Assembly: GCA_951406725.2 (NCBI GenBank)
Contig: OX597824.1
Coordinates: 4,464,001-4,528,000, forward strand
DNA from: Octopus vulgaris
Lineage: Eukaryota
Length of the DNA: 64,000 nucleotides
Direction: 5' to 3'
Shown: in pieces, positions 61,577 through 64,000 of the stretch
Layout: each line of letters begins with the position of its first letter
How positions within the stretch are numbered: the first letter of the stretch is position 1
Position numbers and translations under genes: made by a program
The notes under the pieces: model-generated
Databases searched by the model: none
What the model saw: only the letters and a program-made list of their open reading frames with translations
Told to the model about the DNA's origin: nothing

Positions 61577-61987
61577 CAGGCACAGCGAGCTGGCAGAATC
61601 ATTAGCATGCCAGGCGAAATGCTTAGCAGTATTTCGTCTACCACTAGGTTCTGAGTGCAAATTCCGCCGAGGTCAACTTTGCCTTTCATCCTTTCAGGGT
61701 CGATTAAATAAGTACCAGTTATGCACTGGAGTCGATATAATCGACTTAATCTGTTTGTCTGTTCTTATTTGTCCTCTCTGTGGGTAGTAAAGAAATAGAT
61801 ATTTCATCTGCCGTTATGTTCTGAGTTCAAATTCTGGTGAGGTCGACTTTGCCTTTCATCCTTTCGGGGTCGATAAATTAAGTACCAGTTACTCACTGAG
61901 GTTGATGTAATCGACTTTATCCCTTTGTCTGTCCTTGTTTGTCCCCTCTATGGTTTAGCCCCTTGTGGGCAATAAAGAAATAAGAAA
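61577..61987 (+). mobile_element. SINE family 2, partial tandem dimer with a Meta/MESC-like core
   Basis: Head GCGAGCTGGCAGAATC and B-box-like GAGTTCAAATTC. The core GCCTTTCATCCTTTCGGGGTCGATAAATTAAGTACCAG is present twice; the second unit lacks the head. Confidence 0.85.
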
Positions 61988-64000
61988 TTCGTTCAGATCT
62001 TCTTGGGGAATAAACAATCATTAGTCACAAGCTATGTCACTGGTATTGCATTGTGTTTGTTGCCCAGACACGTAAACTCCGGATCAATGAGTCTAAAACA
62101 GACATAACAGAACGGTGGAAAATTGCTGCTGCTGCAAACAATAGGAATACTGTGAAAATGACAAGTAGTGAATTAGCTTGTAGTTCTTCTTTGGCTGAGA
62201 GAGAAAAACTGGATCACTTTGGTATCATGAAGAAGCCAACTGGTACTATCTGTTGATGGATATTGCAAAACTAGGAAAAGATGACTTGAAAGCTGGTCAA
62301 CAGAGGGGATTGGACAAGATAGGAGCAGATAAAAGACCTTTTAATAAAAAAAATAAAACTGGAAGAATTCTTGGATTTTTTCACACCCCATAAAATTCTA
62401 TTTATGAAAGAGTTATAGAACTGAAGTCACATAAAGATGAAAGATTAAATTTTCTGATCCTCAATATCTTGATTAGATGACTGATTATATAATGGGCTTA
62501 GCCTAGTCAAATGTTATGTTAACTGTTTGTTGTACTATCAATGTTCACTGAGCCATTTTGCTTTTATGGATTTAACCAACAGGAAGAGATAATGTCCGTA
62601 ATTGTTGCAGAATCTCTGAGACTAGTGAAACTGATGTGGTTGCTATTCAGTTTAAACATCTGTAAGTTAACATCTGTGGGAGTGGTTTGTGCGATGCCAG
62701 AGGGTAAGAGCAAGACACACTATGAATAATGAGAGACAGGTGTATTGGGTAGATTAAATTGAGATAGTATAAAACTATCTACTAATTCAGTTATACATTA
62801 AACAATTGCTCGTCTCAAACAAAGGAGTTTGGCATAGAGCTAACCACCTCACTTCACACTTCATCATGCATGCACCTTAATCTGAACGAACAATATTTCT
62901 AACAAAAAGCAATAAGTCTAAATTGCACAGAGAAAAAATATTAAAAAAAAAACCCCACACTCATTCTAATACTACACTTCAAATATTACATTATTACTTT
63001 CAATAGTAATATTACCTCAGATATCAAATTTTAATATATCATGAATGCTTATCATGTTTTTGCATATTATATAATCCCATGATAATCATATTATTTTCAC
63101 CTAAGATAGTAAATTTCTACTCATCAATGATTCATAGATGTTATTATTAATATCATTTGTCAGAATCTGTAGAGCATGGCAGCAATATGCATTGCAGTAT
63201 TTACTTTTATGATTCCCAGTTTTACATTCAAACATCACTACTGCTTTTCATAGCTTTGTGTGGTTCATAAAATAAGTACCAGTAATATATACTGCAATCA
63301 ATGCAATTGATAATATGCATTTTTTGTTATAGTTGGTGCAGTGATTAATTATTATAGCTTTTTTTTTTTTAATGTACTGACATAAAAACATGTACTGAGG
63401 GTGAATTAGGTTACCTAAGACCTTCCACATGCGTGAAGCTTTGAGCCAAATTGTCAGAAAAGTTCTGTGTTCAAGTACCACTAGAATTAATTTAAGTTTT
63501 ATAACTTTAGTGTCAATAATATAAGTACAGCATATCTAATTGACAATTATGCAATAAGTTCAAATAACAATTATCCTGCTATACAGATATTAGTCTTGAA
63601 AGAAGCCAAATAAAATCAACATTATTCACCAAGAAGCAAGGATAGCTGACTAAATACATTACGTTTAATCTCGCCAGTTCAAGTTACAAATTTAAAAATC
63701 ACTCTCATTAACTTCACTTTCCATCTTTGCACGAGTTTGTCATCAATCCAATAAAGTTCTTCTATGTGGCTGCTCTACCTGCTGGAGATAACAGTTAAAT
63801 CACTGTAAAACTAGACACTACTGTCTTTTAAAAACAAAAGACACTTTGGATAATGTAGTCTAGGTTACACACTTCCTAAATCAAAAGATTTGCTGGTTGT
63901 AGCTTAAATAAGTAATCATTATGGTGTAAGTTCAATCCCTGCTCAATCAGTGCTGCTCTGGAGATAAAGTCCTACGGCACCTCCAGACCCTTGTGGCATA

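Noticed and set aside
62583-62703. AG...GTAAG-bounded candidate exon
   Set aside because: The frames and donors are ambiguous, and it may instead be a decayed LINE zinc-finger region (CCRISETSET). Neither call can be supported.

Overview
This is AT-rich, microsatellite-dense eukaryotic DNA, most likely intronic or intergenic. The repeat families resemble those I recall from Octopus/cephalopod genomes; that assignment is an inference, not a search result. There is no intact protein-coding gene, rRNA, true tRNA gene or CRISPR array, and almost all ORFs in the track are microsatellite or repeat artefacts. The window is a mosaic of tRNA-headed SINEs (at least three families), many 5'-truncated RTE LINE ends, and relics of BovB-like RTE, CR1, R4/Dong and L1/Tx1 LINEs. 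It also holds a Tc1/mariner (rosa/maT-like) transposase relic, TTAA-flanked MITEs and a probable non-autonomous Helitron. Four signals stand out. (1) Several unrelated short elements inserted in (TA)n tracts carry hammerhead-ribozyme-like motifs with palindromic stem III, two of them in foldback arrangement, as described for Penelope-like pLTRs/retrozymes. (2) A clean 88-nt minus-strand candidate coding exon lies at 33656-33743. (3) A plus-strand candidate exon at 12913-13104 encodes a 6-aa D-x-[YF]-K-[RK] repeat and is bracketed by exact 25-bp direct repeats. (4) A multi-template rearrangement scar occupies 22441-23048. All alignments and translations were done by eye, so repeat boundaries are approximate.
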